This document shows, in pieces, positions 23,579 to 32,000 of a stretch of 32,000 nt of DNA; the stretch's first letter is position 1; each line of letters opens with the position of its first letter. Position numbers and translations under genes: made by a program. The notes under the pieces were generated by a model. That model was not told where the DNA came from and did no database searches. It worked only from the letters and a program-made list of their open reading frames with translations. The DNA lies in contig JAILWJ010000001.1 in assembly GCA_025699025.1 (NCBI GenBank), forward strand, positions 506,391 through 538,390, in the 5' to 3' direction. Source of the stretch: Nitrosarchaeum sp. (GTDB lineage Archaea > Thermoproteota > Nitrososphaeria > Nitrososphaerales > Nitrosopumilaceae).

Positions 23579-24997
23579 CTATTCTCCTTTCATCTCTTCA
23601 CGAGTTTTAAAGTCTGGGGTGATTCCAAGAGAATCATAATTTCCCGAAGAGCAGGTAAAACACATAGAGTCTTTGGGTATCCCAACTGCGGCGGCAAGGT
23701 TTTCAGCGTCATTATACCCTAAAAAGTCGGCACCGATACTCTTTCGGACCATATCGGTCAGCTCTTCCTCAGTCATGTCTTTGCCATTTGAGAAGGTCGC
23801 AAGCTCCTCTTGGGATGGAAAGTCAATTCCGGCATAGCATGGGAACTTGATTGGGGGATAGGTAATTACCATGCTGATTTTTCTGGCACCTGCACGCCTT
23901 AGCGCCTTTATGATGGCCTTTGAGCTCGTGCCCCTAACCAAGCTGTCATCAATTACAACAACGTGTTTGCCCTCTATGATTTCTCGGATTGGGATTATCC
24001 ATCGGTTAATTTCAATGCGGTCGCTTTGGTGGGGTTCAATAAAACTGCGAAGCGGTCCCTTCTTGCTGTAACGGTCTTTGAGAAGTCCTTCATCAAATGA
24101 CACTCCAAGTTCTTGTGCATATCCCAGTGCCGCAGGCCTTGCAGAGTCTGGCACGGGTATTACAAGATCAGCATCCTTGATTGGGAACTTCTTTGCAAGG
24201 AATTGGCCTATTCGTTTTCTTGAAATGTAGATGTTGGCACCCTCCATGTTGCTTGATGGGTGTGCAAAATAAGTAAACTCAAAGGAGCAGTGGGCCCTTG
24301 ATGTGTCCTCGGAGAACAATTCGGTCTGCAATCCATCTTTGCTCAGTTTGATCAATTCGCCGGGCTTTACGTCTCGCTGCAACTTTGCGCCCACTGCAGA
24401 AAGTGCAGAGGACTCAGATGCCACGACATAGGTGTTGTCGGATTCTTTATGTCCCAAGACCATAGGTCTGAACCCTTTTGGGTCTCTTGCAGCATACACA
24501 GAGCTATCATCCGAGATGAAGGTAAAACAATAAGAGCCGACCATCTCGTTTTTCAAAATTGAAAGTGCCTTGCCCATCTGGCCTTTCTCTGAAATTAGCG
24601 AGACCAGTCTTTGGGCAGCAACCAGCGTGTCACTGGCATTTTGCGGAGTAAAAGAACAGCCTCCAACCATGTTTGCAAGCTCTTGCACGTTTGCAATTGT
24701 TCCATTGTGCGCAATGCAAAGATCCTTTACCTTCAGAGGCTGGGCATTTTCCAGATTGCTTTTTCCAATAGTAGAGTATCTAACATGGCCGATAACTGCA
24801 GGAGACGCATAGTCTTCGCATATTTTTTTAAAATCAGATGAGGACGAGGAGACAAGGCCCAGCTTTTTGAGGGGCTCTCTGTTCGGGATTGCAATGCCCC
24901 ACGCTTCTTGGCCTCGGTGTTGCAGTGCCCTTAGGGCATCAATTACCATAGGGACAACGTTAGTTCCACTAAGGCTGTATATCCCAACTACGCCGCA
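23579..24997 (-). CDS. purF: Amidophosphoribosyltransferase; 5' boundary set at the catalytic Cys codon because no canonical start precedes it
   Basis: The frame reads ...ENCGVVGIYSLSGTNVVPMVIDALRALQHRGQEAWGI..., with a PRTase domain (VVIDDSLVRGTSS). The track ORF starts at the internal ATG at 24949. See the findings. Confidence 0.9.
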   Translation of the reverse strand, partial: CGVVGIYSLSGTNVVPMVIDALRALQHRGQEAWGIAIPNREPLKKLGLVSSSSSDFKKICEDYASPAVIGHVRYSTIGKSNLENAQPLKVKDLCIAHNGTIANVQELANMVGGCSFTPQNASDTLVAAQRLVSLISEKGQMGKALSILKNEMVGSYCFTFISDDSSVYAARDPKGFRPMVLGHKESDNTYVVASESSALSAVGAKLQRDVKPGELIKLSKDGLQTELFSEDTSRAHCSFEFTYFAHPSSNMEGANIYISRKRIGQFLAKKFPIKDADLVIPVPDSARPAALGYAQELGVSFDEGLLKDRYSKKGPLRSFIEPHQSDRIEINRWIIPIREIIEGKHVVVIDDSLVRGTSSKAIIKALRRAGARKISMVITYPPIKFPCYAGIDFPSQEELATFSNGKDMTEEELTDMVRKSIGADFLGYNDAENLAAAVGIPKDSMCFTCSSGNYDSLGITPDFKTREEMKGE

Positions 24998-25004
24998 ATT
25001 TTCC

Positions 25005-27170
25005 TTAACCGTGAACCACCAACTCCCTTAACGAATTAATCCACGTTTTACGTGCTTTATCAACTCTTAGATCCATGATTTTCTTAGATCCGCTGTCAAA
25101 TCGAATTTGCTCGCCGCCAAACTTCCCAATCACACCAAATGCTATCTTGTTTTTCTTTAGAATATCCTCCAGTTTTTTCAGGTTGGTTTTTTCTAAAACT
25201 AGGAGATATCTTGAATGGCTTTCAGAAAACAGCACCCGGTCTGTATCTAATTTTTCCCCTGGAACCTTATCAAGAGAGACAGTGCATCCTATTTGCTCAA
25301 CCATGCAGATCTCAGATATGGCAACTGCTAAGCCGCCTTTTGAGCAATCATGGACATTTTTGAGAATTCCTTTTTTGATTACATCCAGTACTGTGTCCAT
25401 ATTCTTCTTTGACTCTGCAAAATCAACTACGGGGCATCTTCCACCGATGAACTTGTGGATGTATTCGAAATATTCAGAGCCGCCCATCTCGTTTTTTGTG
25501 TTGCCTACAACTATCAAGACGTCATCGGTGTTGATTTTCGTGTTAGTCTGATGCTTTTTCTCAGCAAGACCCAAGACACCAATCAGAGGAGTCGGCTTTA
25601 TTGGGCCTGAAGGAGTTTCGTTGTACAGGCTAACCTTGCCACCAACGCAGGGAATTTTGAAATACTTTGCAAAATCAGTCAGCCCCTTGAGTGACTCTAA
25701 AAACGTCCAAAATATTTCAGGGTTTTCAGGATTTCCAAATTGAAGATGGTCCAGCATTCCAATTGGTTTTGCGCCAGTGCACACGACATTTCTGCATGCC
25801 TCCTCAAAGCACCCTATTGCACCTTCGCGTGGGTTTATGTAACAATGTTTTGGGTTGCCATCTATTTTTACAGACAGGAACTTTCCATTATCTAATCTCA
25901 AAACTGCGGCATCCCGGCCTGGCTTTATGACAGTTCGGATTCCGACTTCATGATCATATTGGCCATACACCCAAATTTTGCTAGCAATGTTGGGAGATGC
26001 CAGGAACTTCATCATCATTTTGGAATAGTCAGAGATGGGTTTGAGTTTTTTTTCGCGCTCAATAGTTGCAAGATAGGCGGGCTTTTTTGATGGTCGGTCC
26101 AACAGCGTGGCATTGGCTACAACGTCTGTTGGAAGACGGGCAAATGTCTTTTTGCCTTTTTTGACATGCATCATATTATCAGAAGTCACGTGTCCGATTA
26201 CAGAGCAAGTGATTCGGAACTTTTTGCAGATTTCCTGCAGTTTTTTTAGTTTTGCATTATCAGTTACAATCAGCATCCTTTCTTGGGATTCAGACACCAT
26301 AATCTCGTCTGGGTGCATTCCGGGTTCTCGCGTATGCACCTTGTCAACATCCATCTCAATGCCAATTGAGAGGGCGTCTGCAGTTTCAGAAACAGCGCAG
26401 GACAGGCCACCACCACCCAAGTCCTTCATTGCGTTGATCAAGTTGTGATTTCTGGCCTCAAGAACTGCCTCTATGATTAATTTTTCAATGAACGGGTCGG
26501 GAATTTGAACTGCAGAACGATCTTCGGACTCTAGAGAGTCAGATGCAAATTGGGAGCCGCCAATTCCGTCACGGCCAGTAGATCCTCCAAGCAAGACTAC
26601 GAGGTCGCCTTTCTTTGCATGGTTTTTTATCAGATTTTCTTTTTTTCCAAACCCAACAGATGCCACATCCACCAGTGCATAATTGGTATAACACTTGTCA
26701 AATTCAACTTCACCGCCAACGGTCGGGATTCCAAGACAGTTTCCATAGTCAGCAATCCCAGTTACAGCATTTTTAAAGAGCCACCTTGCTTGTTGATCTT
26801 TTTCAATATCTCCAAATCTCAAACCGTCAAGAATGGCAATAGGTCGCGTCCCTGCAGATAAAATGTCGCGTATCACCCCACCAACGCCGGTGGCAGCTCC
26901 GCCATATGGCTCAACGGCAGATGGATGGTTGTGGCTTTCAATATGGGCAGTCACGACATAGCCGCCGCCCACATCCAAGACCCCTGAATCATATCCTTTT
27001 TCTGAGATTACCAGTGGGCCTGTCATTGGCAGCATTTTGAGATGTTTTTTGGATGACTTGTACGAGCAGTGCTCAGACCATTCGGCTGCAACAATCTGTA
27101 ATTCTGTAGACGTTGGTTTTCTGCCAATCTTTGATGTAAGGTCCTCTAGCTCTTGTGGCTCCAGACTCAA
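25005..27170 (-). CDS. purL: Phosphoribosylformylglycinamidine synthase subunit PurL (FGAM synthase II)
   Basis: 721 aa with a TTG start overlapping the purQ stop (TTGA). It contains EHCSYKSS, ESHNHPSAVEPYGGAATGVGG and DLGGGGLS. Confidence 0.95.
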   Translation of the reverse strand: MSLEPQELEDLTSKIGRKPTSTELQIVAAEWSEHCSYKSSKKHLKMLPMTGPLVISEKGYDSGVLDVGGGYVVTAHIESHNHPSAVEPYGGAATGVGGVIRDILSAGTRPIAILDGLRFGDIEKDQQARWLFKNAVTGIADYGNCLGIPTVGGEVEFDKCYTNYALVDVASVGFGKKENLIKNHAKKGDLVVLLGGSTGRDGIGGSQFASDSLESEDRSAVQIPDPFIEKLIIEAVLEARNHNLINAMKDLGGGGLSCAVSETADALSIGIEMDVDKVHTREPGMHPDEIMVSESQERMLIVTDNAKLKKLQEICKKFRITCSVIGHVTSDNMMHVKKGKKTFARLPTDVVANATLLDRPSKKPAYLATIEREKKLKPISDYSKMMMKFLASPNIASKIWVYGQYDHEVGIRTVIKPGRDAAVLRLDNGKFLSVKIDGNPKHCYINPREGAIGCFEEACRNVVCTGAKPIGMLDHLQFGNPENPEIFWTFLESLKGLTDFAKYFKIPCVGGKVSLYNETPSGPIKPTPLIGVLGLAEKKHQTNTKINTDDVLIVVGNTKNEMGGSEYFEYIHKFIGGRCPVVDFAESKKNMDTVLDVIKKGILKNVHDCSKGGLAVAISEICMVEQIGCTVSLDKVPGEKLDTDRVLFSESHSRYLLVLEKTNLKKLEDILKKNKIAFGVIGKFGGEQIRFDSGSKKIMDLRVDKARKTWINSLRELVVHG

Positions 27171-27847
27171 TTTTCAACACCAATCGTGTGCAAAAGGGAT
27201 TTGAAGATAAGAGACGAGGGCTTGTTATCAATCGGGTTGATTTCAGATTCAACGGCGCGTTCTGGGTGAGGCATCATTCCTACAATGTTAAAGTCCTCAT
27301 TGCACACTCCGGCAATATTGTATGAAGAGCCATTAACAGAGTCAGTATAACGAAAGACGATTTGGTTGTGTTTCTTTAATTTCTCAAGAGTTGCCTCATC
27401 AACGTAATACCTGCCCTCGCCGTTTGCAATTGGGATTGGTATTTTTTGGCCCAGCTCGAATTGGTTGGTAAATGGGGTTTGGTTGTTCTCAACCACAAGA
27501 TTTGTCCATTCGCACATAAAGTTCAAAGAGGTATTTTTGAGCAAGACTCCTGGAAGCAGACCTGCCTCGACAAGTATTTGAAAACCATTGCAAACACCAA
27601 GAATTGGAATTCCTTTTGCTGCAAGCCGCCTGACATCGTTTATGACTGGACTGTGAGCTGCAATCACTCCAGCCCGCAATCTATCGCCATAGGAAAATCC
27701 TCCGGGCAAGATTACCGCATCGATGTTTTTTGGCAGCCCCTTGTCATGCCAAAAATACTGGGTATCAAGATGAAAAACGTCAGTTAGAACATGATACATG
27801 TCTCGATCACAATTACTGCCTGGAAAAACAACAACTCCGATCTTCAC
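27167..27847 (-). CDS. purQ: Phosphoribosylformylglycinamidine synthase glutaminase subunit PurQ
   Basis: 226 aa with a GTG start. It contains VVFPGSNCD, GVCNGFQIL and MMPHPER, the triad GATase motifs. Confidence 0.92.
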   Translation of the reverse strand: MKIGVVVFPGSNCDRDMYHVLTDVFHLDTQYFWHDKGLPKNIDAVILPGGFSYGDRLRAGVIAAHSPVINDVRRLAAKGIPILGVCNGFQILVEAGLLPGVLLKNTSLNFMCEWTNLVVENNQTPFTNQFELGQKIPIPIANGEGRYYVDEATLEKLKKHNQIVFRYTDSVNGSSYNIAGVCNEDFNIVGMMPHPERAVESEINPIDNKPSSLIFKSLLHTIGVEN

Positions 27848-27869
27848 GATTGCTTTTACTTGAACAGAT

Positions 27870-27877
27870 ATTTAATT
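27870..27877 (-). promoter_or_regulatory. TATA-like box upstream of purQ
   Basis: The minus-strand sequence AATTAAAT is centred about 27 nt upstream of the GTG at 27847, within the 167-nt purS-purQ spacer. Confidence 0.3.
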
Positions 27878-28014
27878 TGAATCTAGAGAGAGGTACGAAA
27901 CAATTTCTGATCGCTACTACAACAGCACAAAGAGCGAGTGACCCATTAGACATGCCAAGAACCGGAGACAGAATACCTCGACATTGAATGCAATCTTGGA
28001 ATCAGAGCCAGATG

Positions 28015-28275
28015 TTAGGCATCAAAAACATCAATTGTGATTTTGCTGACCATTGGGTTGTAGATGCGCAACTCGTCGCATATCTCCTGAATCTTTTTTT
28101 GGGCGGTTTTTTTGTCTTTTTCTTTTATGGTGAATTTGAGCATTTTTGCTGCTTTGATTTTTGTTATGGTTGAATGAGTGCCCTTTAAGATCAAATCATT
28201 TAGAATTGTATCGCCTTCAGGATCACTTATTCCGGGTTTGTTTTCAATGGTTACGTGAACGTCATATGTGCCCAT
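28015..28275 (-). CDS. purS: Phosphoribosylformylglycinamidine synthase subunit PurS
   Basis: 86 aa. VHVTIENKPGISDPEGDTILNDL is typical of PurS. Confidence 0.88.
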   Translation of the reverse strand: MGTYDVHVTIENKPGISDPEGDTILNDLILKGTHSTITKIKAAKMLKFTIKEKDKKTAQKKIQEICDELRIYNPMVSKITIDVFDA

Positions 28276-28492
28276 GAATATTTCTGAAAGTCAAAATGAG
28301 GTTAATCTATCTTCCGACCAGACCTGCGCTTTTATACTTAATTTGCAAGATAGTACAGGTACCCGATTCTGAGGACTAGTATTGTTGTTACATCACTGCC
28401 CGGAATCGAGTATCAGAATATGGTACAAAATATTTTTTGTAGAATCATGATTAATGCTAGCGGTCTTGATCATGGATTGTTTTTGTTGTGTT

Positions 28493-28699
28493 TTATGATT
28501 TGAATTTTTTTAGACCTTCTTCAAGAACCAGGTTCAACACATGTGAGAAGCTCACAGATTTGATTGATGATTTTATCATCTTTGCTTGTATTGTTCTGAG
28601 TTTTTCGACATTACCAGAGTCCAGTACAACCGTAATCCTATTGCTCACTAACGCACTTAGGCAATTTATCGTATAAAAGGAAACGTCTATCTCAAACAT
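28493..28699 (-). CDS. Putative ribbon-helix-helix (CopG/Arc-like) DNA-binding protein
   Basis: 68 aa. ITVVLDSGNVEKLRTIQAKMIKSS...SFSHVLNLVLEEGLKK fits a strand-helix-helix pattern. The start is uncertain. Confidence 0.5.
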   Translation of the reverse strand: MFEIDVSFYTINCLSALVSNRITVVLDSGNVEKLRTIQAKMIKSSIKSVSFSHVLNLVLEEGLKKFKS

Positions 28700-28734
28700 T
28701 GGAATTTATATCACATTTAATTTAAAAATAATCA

Positions 28735-29199
28735 TTGGCAAGATCAAGGTACTGGAAGATAACACCTGACGAGATGGAGAAGTTTGCATACAATGAGGGC
28801 AAGCTGCTCAATTGGGAAATAAAGTGTGTCAGGGAACCAGAATCAGAGGCCATGTTTATCGGAGTGTTCCTGTACAGAAACGGAACGGCATATGACTATG
28901 AATCAATAAAAGGCATCACGTATTATCACAACAACATTTCAAGAAAGGAACTGCCAGCAATCACCAAGTTCCTTCAAGACAAATACGGTGGAAAGGAAAT
29001 GGAGAAAGGCGAGAGAATATTTCTCAAGGACTCCAAAGAAATCTACTCACCAAGAGAACTGGCAGAATTGGCAAAAAACATGGAGCAGAAATTCAAGACA
29101 AAGGCAATCATATCGCTAGAGTTTGAGGGGCTTACTCATGATGAGCTTAAAGATGCAGGTTTGCCAGAAGCAAAACTGTTGCCAATTCCCGGCAAATAG
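28735..29199 (+). CDS. Hypothetical protein
   Basis: 154 aa with a TTG start. It is divergent from the RHH gene across a 35-nt spacer. I recognised no family. Confidence 0.55.
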   Translation: MARSRYWKITPDEMEKFAYNEGKLLNWEIKCVREPESEAMFIGVFLYRNGTAYDYESIKGITYYHNNISRKELPAITKFLQDKYGGKEMEKGERIFLKDSKEIYSPRELAELAKNMEQKFKTKAIISLEFEGLTHDELKDAGLPEAKLLPIPGK

Positions 29200-29231
29200 A
29201 TAAGAGGCAGTCTGGCCCAGATAGATCTTAG

Positions 29232-30023
29232 ATGTCTGAGATTCAAGAGATCAACCATCACTTAAACGAGTTAAGAAAGAGCATACTGCGAATCGTAATA
29301 GCGGTGGGAATTATCTCAATGTTCCTGTTGACGTTTCATGCAGAGCCGGTACAGGTCAGCGGAATTCAGCTGTATTACCCAGTGCCAGAGCCGCTGGACA
29401 ACATGGCAGCACAGATTACAAACCACATGAGAGAAAATCTTGTTCCAAAAGATGTCGAGTTGATTCAGACAGCCCCGGGTCAGGCATTTTTTGCCCAGGT
29501 GTACATTGCTGCACTGGCAGGAATTGCATTGAGCATGCCAATAATCATCAAGGAGTTGGTTGGATTTATCAAGCCGGCATTAAAGGAAAAAGAGATCAAA
29601 GTAAGCAGAAGCATATCGCTGCCTGCGCTTGGATTGTTTGCTGCAGGATGCGTGTTTTCATATTTGTATGTGATTCCGTACATCCTGGATTTTCTTTACA
29701 GGTATGGCGAATCTGCAGGCCTGGTTACGTTCCTAAACATAATTGACTTTGTAACATTTGTTTTGCAGTTTTTGCTTGCGTTTGGAATATCGTTTCAGCT
29801 TCCGCTTGTAATGTACGCAGTGTCAAGTGCGGGAATTGTTGATGCCAAGTTTTGGAGAAACAACATCAGATACGCAGTTGTTGCAATTGTTATCTTTGGG
29901 GCAGTCATTACGCCAGACGGAAGCGGGGTGACAATGTGGTTTATCGCAGGACCCATGATTGCGCTATATATTGCAGGCATGGCAGTCATCGAGCGTAAAG
30001 AACGCAAAAGGTTGAACACTTAA
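29232..30023 (+). CDS. tatC: Twin-arginine translocase subunit TatC
   Basis: 263 aa with six predicted TM segments and an HLNELRKSILR N-terminus. It contains FLLAFGISFQLPLV and ITPDGSGVT, both TatC motifs. Confidence 0.9.
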   Translation: MSEIQEINHHLNELRKSILRIVIAVGIISMFLLTFHAEPVQVSGIQLYYPVPEPLDNMAAQITNHMRENLVPKDVELIQTAPGQAFFAQVYIAALAGIALSMPIIIKELVGFIKPALKEKEIKVSRSISLPALGLFAAGCVFSYLYVIPYILDFLYRYGESAGLVTFLNIIDFVTFVLQFLLAFGISFQLPLVMYAVSSAGIVDAKFWRNNIRYAVVAIVIFGAVITPDGSGVTMWFIAGPMIALYIAGMAVIERKERKRLNT

Positions 30024-30050
30024 ATCTAAAATCAATAATTAGAAAACAGA

Positions 30051-30257
30051 ATGTTCGGAGCAGGATTTGCCAATTTCATACAAGGGCAAGAGTGGATATT
30101 CATCATAATTATTGCAGTTGTCTTTATCTTTGGCGCAAAGAAGATTCCAGAACTTGCAAAGACACTGGGCAAGGCCAAAGGGGAATTTGAGAAGGGCAAA
30201 ATCGAGGGCGAAAAGGAGCTCAAAGACATCAAAGACAAAGAAGCAAAGTCAGACTAG
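30051..30257 (+). CDS. tatA: Twin-arginine translocase subunit TatA/E
   Basis: 68 aa. EWIFIIIIAVVFIFGAKKIPELAKTLGKAKGEFEKG gives a TM segment plus an amphipathic helix. Confidence 0.85.
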   Translation: MFGAGFANFIQGQEWIFIIIIAVVFIFGAKKIPELAKTLGKAKGEFEKGKIEGEKELKDIKDKEAKSD

Positions 30258-30682
30258 AGTTCAGCAACCCTTGTACATTCAGAGACAATATCAGAATAGT
30301 CAGTTTCGATTTTGTGTTTTCCAAACAGATTTGAGATTTTCATACTTCCTTTAAGCTTGAAATCAACATCAACTGTCAATTTTGTAGAATTTGCGATTTG
30401 ATCAAACCGCTCCACTATATGAGTGCCTTTGGCATCACCTCCAATGACGAAGACTTCGTGGCGCGAAGGTACCACAGTCACATGTTTTGTCATCATCACC
30501 AACTCTCTGTCCCCAAGCATCAGGTGCTCTTCAACAACAGAGACATCGTCTCTGGTGGAAAGGATTCTTACCGACGGGAAATATTTGGGAAAAAGATTTT
30601 GATAGTTTGAAAAATTAGTAAAAATCTCAAAGACTTTATCTCTTGGGGAGTTGATAGTTTTTTCAAGACGGAATTTTGGCAA
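30254..30682 (-). CDS. SRPBCC/START-like (polyketide cyclase / Coq10-like) ligand-binding protein
   Basis: 142 aa with a TTG start. The N-terminal RLEKTINSPRDKVFEIFTNFSNYQNLFP pattern is typical of the SRPBCC family. Confidence 0.65.
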   Translation of the reverse strand: MPKFRLEKTINSPRDKVFEIFTNFSNYQNLFPKYFPSVRILSTRDDVSVVEEHLMLGDRELVMMTKHVTVVPSRHEVFVIGGDAKGTHIVERFDQIANSTKLTVDVDFKLKGSMKISNLFGKHKIETDYSDIVSECTRVAEL

Positions 30683-30685
30683 CGA

Positions 30686-31243
30686 CTAGAACGTGCCCCA
30701 TCGCGGGTATAAATTGTGCTCCAGATCAAACTGATCAAGGCACTTTCCAACAGCATGATTGACAATGTCATCGATTGATTTTGGTTTGGTGTAAAATTCA
30801 GTTACCGGGGGCAAGATGACGACTCCGATTCTAGACAGTTTCAACATGTTCTCCAGATGAATCGGCGACAGCGGGGTTTCCCTCACCATCAGAATTAGTT
30901 TTCTTGATTCCTTTATGGTGACACCTGCTGCCCTTGCCACAAGTGTGTCATCGTATCCATTTGCAATTGCAGACAGTGTTTTCATGCTACATGGTGCCAC
31001 AATCATCCCGTCGACTTTGTGTGTGCCACTTGAGACGCTGGATGCCATGTTCCTTTCGTCAGACACATTTGTTGCAAGTGATTTGACATGCTCAATTTGA
31101 TAATCAGTTTCCATGCCAATGCACTTTGTAGCCCACTCAGACATGATAAGATGAGTTTCAACGTTTAGCTTCTTTAGAACTTCAAGCATCCTGATTCCAT
31201 AGATTACGCCAGTGCTTCCGGTTATTCCGACAATCAACCTCAT
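30686..31243 (-). CDS. ubiX: Flavin prenyltransferase UbiX
   Basis: 185 aa. It contains MRLIVGITGSTGVIYG, IVAPCSMKTLSAIANG and RETPL. Confidence 0.9.
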   Translation of the reverse strand: MRLIVGITGSTGVIYGIRMLEVLKKLNVETHLIMSEWATKCIGMETDYQIEHVKSLATNVSDERNMASSVSSGTHKVDGMIVAPCSMKTLSAIANGYDDTLVARAAGVTIKESRKLILMVRETPLSPIHLENMLKLSRIGVVILPPVTEFYTKPKSIDDIVNHAVGKCLDQFDLEHNLYPRWGTF

Positions 31244-31307
31244 GAGTAGACTAGACTTTTCACTGTATTTTATCTATTGTACATGGAATGCGATTTATCA
31301 CTAGAAA

Positions 31308-31505
31308 TCAGATGCTTGCAGACTCGTCATTGTGTACATGCTCAGATTCTTGCCTTGCCTTTCTTCGCTTTAGCCACAAAGAGATGCCACCAATAGCCAT
31401 GGCAGACAACAGAATAACACCTGCAAGTTGCAATTCAAAATGATACAGCACGCAAGATGTGTTTTTTCTTTTGAGAAAAATCTTTTGGTCTATCGATCCA
31501 AGCAA
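31308..31505 (-). CDS. Doubtful small membrane protein
   Basis: 65-aa ORF with a TTG start (alternative GTG at 31451). It has one TM (LAGVILLSAMAIGGISLWL) followed by KRRKARQ. Confidence 0.3.
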   Translation of the reverse strand: MLGSIDQKIFLKRKNTSCVLYHFELQLAGVILLSAMAIGGISLWLKRRKARQESEHVHNDESASI

Positions 31506-31546
31506 TTGAAAATTAGCTATATTAGATCCCAGTTTCTAGCCAGTAT

Positions 31547-32000
31547 GTGATAAAGAGCTCTGAGATCAAAAAAATCATCAATGATTATTCAGATGTAAAG
31601 ATAGGTGTGCTTGGAAGTCACTCAGCACTTGAAGTGATGGATGGTGCAAAAGAAGAAAACTTTCAGACAGCGGTGTTTTGCCAAAAAGGAAGAGAGGAGC
31701 CGTACAGGAGATTCGGGCGAATCGCAGATGAAATCATAATACTGGACAAATTCAAAGACATGGCATCCCCAAGCATTCAAAAAAAGATCAGAGAATCAAA
31801 TACAATTATTGTTCCGCACAGATCATTGACAGTATACCTTGGATACAAGACCCTTGAGAACTCGTTTAAGGTTCCAATCTTTGGAAACAGGAAATTATTT
31901 CAAGCAGAGGAGAGAACTGCAAAGCGCAATCAGTACTATTTGCTGGAAAAAGCAAGAATAAAGTTCCCCAAACTGTTCAAAAATCCAAAAGACATCAACA
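31547..32000 (+). CDS. purP: 5-formaminoimidazole-4-carboxamide ribonucleotide (FAICAR) synthetase PurP, N-terminal fragment; 3' end outside window
   Basis: It is not in the track because it runs off the window. The GTG at 31547 follows an in-frame stop at 31523-25. IGVLGSHSALEVMDGAKEENFQTAVFCQKGRE...PHRSLTVYLG matches archaeal PurP as I recall it. Confidence 0.78.
   Translation, partial: MIKSSEIKKIINDYSDVKIGVLGSHSALEVMDGAKEENFQTAVFCQKGREEPYRRFGRIADEIIILDKFKDMASPSIQKKIRESNTIIVPHRSLTVYLGYKTLENSFKVPIFGNRKLFQAEERTAKRNQYYLLEKARIKFPKLFKNPKDIN

Noticed and set aside
28340-28460. A possible C/D-box sRNA in the purS-RHH spacer, with minus-strand GTGATGT and CTGA-like boxes and CGATTC/GAATCG and ATTCTGA/TCAGAAT inverted repeats.
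   Set aside because: Box sequences and spacings do not fit the C-guide-D'/C'-guide-D layout, and the terminal D box would be CAGA rather than CTGA.

Overview
This is an AT-rich archaeal chromosomal window. Gene content suggests an ammonia-oxidising thaumarchaeon (Nitrosopumilales-like): an archaeal r-protein superoperon with eS4 and RNase P Rpp29, proteasome alpha, a CdvB-like ESCRT-III protein, PurP, and TATA-like boxes about 26-32 nt upstream of start codons. This assignment is an inference, not a database result. Layout: 1-2.5 kb holds bioA(partial)-bioB-bioF. 2.8-4.6 kb holds a CcdA plus membrane-anchored thioredoxin pair. 4.7-8.3 kb holds the ESCRT-III paralog, DUF371, psmA and a SPOUT/DUF171 methyltransferase. 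8.5-16.3 kb holds uL3-uL4-uL23-uS19-uL22-uS3-uL29-Rpp29-uS17-uL14-uL24-eS4-uL5-uS14-uS8-uL6, with uL2 absent from its usual slot and the operon ending after uL6. 16.3-19.9 kb holds tRNA-Asn followed by small orphan genes, a roughly 0.9 kb ORF-poor stretch with GC-rich nested helices, and a 90-aa Ala/Lys/Arg repeat protein, all punctuated by four copies of one palindrome. 19.9-21.2 kb holds an ArsR-orphan-PPOX operon on the minus strand. 21.5-28.3 kb holds purC, purF, purL, purQ and purS interleaved with small genes. 28.5-32 kb holds an RHH protein, tatC-tatA, SRPBCC-ubiX and purP(partial). I saw no rRNA, CRISPR array, transposase, integrase or recognisable defence system, and I did not find a convincing multi-gene novel system. 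The most unusual content is the palindrome-bracketed 16.7-19.9 kb segment (structured RNA candidate plus polycationic repeat protein), a purF gene whose catalytic Cys codon has no usable start codon upstream, and a G+C/codon-usage step near 16.3 kb. All motif, repeat and GC statements come from reading the sequence by eye, and family names are recalled from motif knowledge.
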